From the NCBI GenBank assembly GCA_030611765.1, contig JAUWPE010000002.1, positions 1 through 49,055 on the forward strand: a DNA stretch of 49,055 bases, written 5' to 3'. Shown piece after piece: positions 46,824-49,055 of the stretch (the stretch's first letter is position 1; every line of letters starts with the position of its first letter). This stretch comes from Candidatus Cloacimonadota bacterium (GTDB lineage Bacteria; Cloacimonadota; Cloacimonadia; JGIOTU-2). The position numbers and the translations under genes were made by a program. The notes beneath the pieces are model-generated. The model saw nothing but the letters and a program-made list of their open reading frames with translations, made no database searches and was not told where the DNA came from.

Positions 46824-48041
46824 ATGAGTAAATGTAGAATTCCTTTAGGTCCTTTTCATCCATTATTGGAAGAAGCGGAATTCTTTGATATAAAAGTCGA
46901 AGGTGAAAAAGTTGTTGATATTGAGATGGAAACCGGCTGGATGCATAGAGGTCATGAAAAGATATCCGAAACAAGATCCTATACGCAGTCAATCTTTCTC
47001 GTTGAGCGTATTTGTGGAATTTGTTCAACGTCTCATCCCTTTGCTGCAACCCATGCAATGGAAGATATTGATAATGTTGAAATACCTGAAAGGGCACAAT
47101 ATATAAGAATTTTTATCGGAGAGATGGAAAGAATTCACAGCCATCTTCTTTGGCTGGGTCTTGCAGGTCATTTTATTGGATATGATACGCTCTGGATGTG
47201 GACGTGGAAATATCGCGAACCGGTTCTTCAAATTTTTGAAAAAGTATCGGGCAACAGAAATCATTATGCAATGTTCCGCGTCGGTGGCGTAAGCAGAGAT
47301 TTCGATAATGCATTGATCCCGGAAATTCATCCTGTTCTTGATATGCTTGAAAAGAAAATGCTTATGATCGCCGGTGCAGCTAAAGATGATCCAGTGCTGA
47401 GGTCACGCCTTAAAGGAGTGGGTGTCCTGACAAAAGAGGATGCAATAAATTACTGTGCGAACGGACCTACAGCTCGTGCTTCCGGTGTGGATATCGATGT
47501 GCGCCGAGATGATGGACTCGAGTATAATCTGATAAATTTTGATGTTATAGTATTGCCTAATGGCGATGTATATGACAAGCTTGTTTTACGTGTACTGGAG
47601 ATCATTGAATCGGTTAAGATCGCACGACAATGTCTCGATGCATTCCCCAAAATTGGTGGTGACTATCTTAATAAAGTAAAGCATATTTCTCCCGGTGAAG
47701 GCATCGGACGTTATGAAGCTCCTCGCGGCGAGGTTTTCCATTACATAAGAAGTGACGGCTCAAACCGTCCTCTTCGTCATAAAATTCGTGCTCCCAGTTT
47801 TTCAAATATTCCTACTTATAAAGCATCCTGTCTGGGCATTCCGCTTGCCGATGCGCTTATTACACTTGCTGCTGTTGATCCTTGTTATTGCTGCACAGAA
47901 AGAAGCATTCGTGTCGTTGATAAAAATAACAAAAAATTAGAACATAATCTATTGACCATGTCTCGTGAGAAAACTGCAAATATTAAAAAGGCAGTTGCCG
48001 GTAGCGAGAAAACACCCATTGATAGAATTTTTGAAGATTAG
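46824..48041 (+). CDS. Group-4 [NiFe]-hydrogenase large (catalytic) subunit (EchE/MbhL/HycE-like)
   Basis: N-terminal RICGICSTSH and C-terminal DPCYCCTER carry the four Ni-Fe-ligating cysteines. This distinguishes the protein from NuoD. Confidence 0.9.
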   Translation: MSKCRIPLGPFHPLLEEAEFFDIKVEGEKVVDIEMETGWMHRGHEKISETRSYTQSIFLVERICGICSTSHPFAATHAMEDIDNVEIPERAQYIRIFIGEMERIHSHLLWLGLAGHFIGYDTLWMWTWKYREPVLQIFEKVSGNRNHYAMFRVGGVSRDFDNALIPEIHPVLDMLEKKMLMIAGAAKDDPVLRSRLKGVGVLTKEDAINYCANGPTARASGVDIDVRRDDGLEYNLINFDVIVLPNGDVYDKLVLRVLEIIESVKIARQCLDAFPKIGGDYLNKVKHISPGEGIGRYEAPRGEVFHYIRSDGSNRPLRHKIRAPSFSNIPTYKASCLGIPLADALITLAAVDPCYCCTERSIRVVDKNNKKLEHNLLTMSREKTANIKKAVAGSEKTPIDRIFED

Positions 48042-48066
48042 GATTTCAAGAAGAAAGGGTACATAA

Positions 48067-49055
48067 ATGTGGAATAATTATCTATTTTTGCTTATCGTTG
48101 TCCCGATAATTGCAACCATTATTAATCTTTTTGTACCAAAGATTATAAAGAAAATTATCACTATTGCTTCTGTGATTTGGTCGCTTGTGCTGAGTATCAA
48201 AGTGTTCAGCGCATCCGCTTTGAGTTTTTCTTTATTCGACTCAACGATTTTCCAGACCGATGCATTATCAAAGTTCATTTTGCTTTTTATTAATATTCTC
48301 AGCACGATCATTCTTATTTACTGCCTCAAGAATGTGGAAAAGGAATATGAAGGAAAGTTCTTCCTGCTTTTTACATTGACAGTCAGTTTCTGTAATGGCG
48401 TAGCAATCAGTTCCAATATGATCGCTTTCATAATTTTCTGGGGACTTTCCGGGTTAATGATTTATCTGTTCGGTTTATTAAAAGGAGAAGTGGCAGCAGA
48501 AAGCTCAAGAAAAGCATTTATCATCATTGGGGCTTCAGATGTACTTCTTCTTTTTGGATTAGCAGTAATATATGTGATGACGCAGAATTCCAATCTTTAT
48601 TTAACAAAAGTTACTCTCTCAAGTGTCTTGACATACATCGCGTTCTTCTGCATGCTTCTTGCTTCTTTTGCAAAAGCCGGCGCTTTTCCAATGCACACTT
48701 GGCTTCCTGACTATGCAAAGGATGCACCGATTGAAGCGGTAGCAGAACTTCCGGCTGCTATGGATAAGCTGCTTGGTATTTATCTTTTTGCTCGTATAAT
48801 GATGCATCTTTTTGTCTATCCCTTTGCGATCCAGGCGATCATCATGATAATAGGTGCGCTTACGATAATATTTGCGGTGATGATGGCGCTTGTTCAGCAC
48901 AATGCGCGTAAGCTGCTGGGATATCATGCTGTAAGTCAGGTAGGGTATATGATATTGGGAATTGGAACCGGTACTCCAATTGGGATTATCGGGGGACTCT
49001 TCCACATGTTAAATAATGCAATATACAAATCAAGCTTGTTCTTATCTCTTGGTTC
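48067..49055 (+). CDS. NuoL/M/N- or MrpD-like antiporter-type membrane subunit, 3-prime end beyond window
   Basis: ATG at 48067 and an open frame to the window end. KAGAFPMHTWLPDYAKDAP and LGYHAVSQVGYM are signatures of this family. The ORF is absent from the track because it has no stop. Confidence 0.8.
   Translation, partial: MWNNYLFLLIVVPIIATIINLFVPKIIKKIITIASVIWSLVLSIKVFSASALSFSLFDSTIFQTDALSKFILLFINILSTIILIYCLKNVEKEYEGKFFLLFTLTVSFCNGVAISSNMIAFIIFWGLSGLMIYLFGLLKGEVAAESSRKAFIIIGASDVLLLFGLAVIYVMTQNSNLYLTKVTLSSVLTYIAFFCMLLASFAKAGAFPMHTWLPDYAKDAPIEAVAELPAAMDKLLGIYLFARIMMHLFVYPFAIQAIIMIIGALTIIFAVMMALVQHNARKLLGYHAVSQVGYMILGIGTGTPIGIIGGLFHMLNNAIYKSSLFLSLG

Noticed and set aside
48078-49005. Minus-strand ORFs 48078-48311 and 48619-49005
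   Set aside because: They are antisense to the NuoL/MrpD-like gene, which has strong family motifs on the plus strand.

Overview
AT-rich bacterial chromosomal window. The strand bias, the several secreted proteins with T9SS-type C-terminal sorting domains and the anaerobe-type metabolism suggest an uncultured FCB-group or Cloacimonadota-like anaerobe, but this is a low-confidence inference. Layout from left to right: gapA (partial); a block of secreted and outer-membrane proteins (S8 peptidase, two tandem TolB-like propellers, a SUMF1-like protein, a beta-helix protein, a DNRLRE protein, a porin) that also holds a DUF1007/NicO nickel-transporter pair; a ZIP transporter; an IS3-family insertion; a flavodoxin; an MMPL/RND exporter with LolA-like and OM partners; a fur-feoA-feoB operon; tyrS, tRNA-Leu, pyrE, ftcD and nfo; a decayed locus carrying a two-gene NTPase plus Zn-ribbon/PD-(D/E)xK-like cassette; a K+-type membrane pyrophosphatase; and a group-4 membrane-bound [NiFe]-hydrogenase operon preceded by AsrA/AsrB-like (sulfhydrogenase beta/gamma-like) genes. 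Main points for follow-up: (1) the uncharacterised NTPase plus large nuclease-like pair at 35.7-39.2 kb, bracketed by pseudogenes and repeat copies, is a candidate novel defence-type system; (2) a 19-bp palindromic operator occurs five times in front of minus-strand operons, including fur-feoAB, and suggests a metal regulon; (3) a dispersed repeat family with hairpin structure includes one copy nested in the loop of another hairpin repeat; (4) the IS3 element has orfB in the +1 frame across an A8 run; (5) the hydrogenase operon has an unusual composition. No CRISPR array or rRNA was seen.
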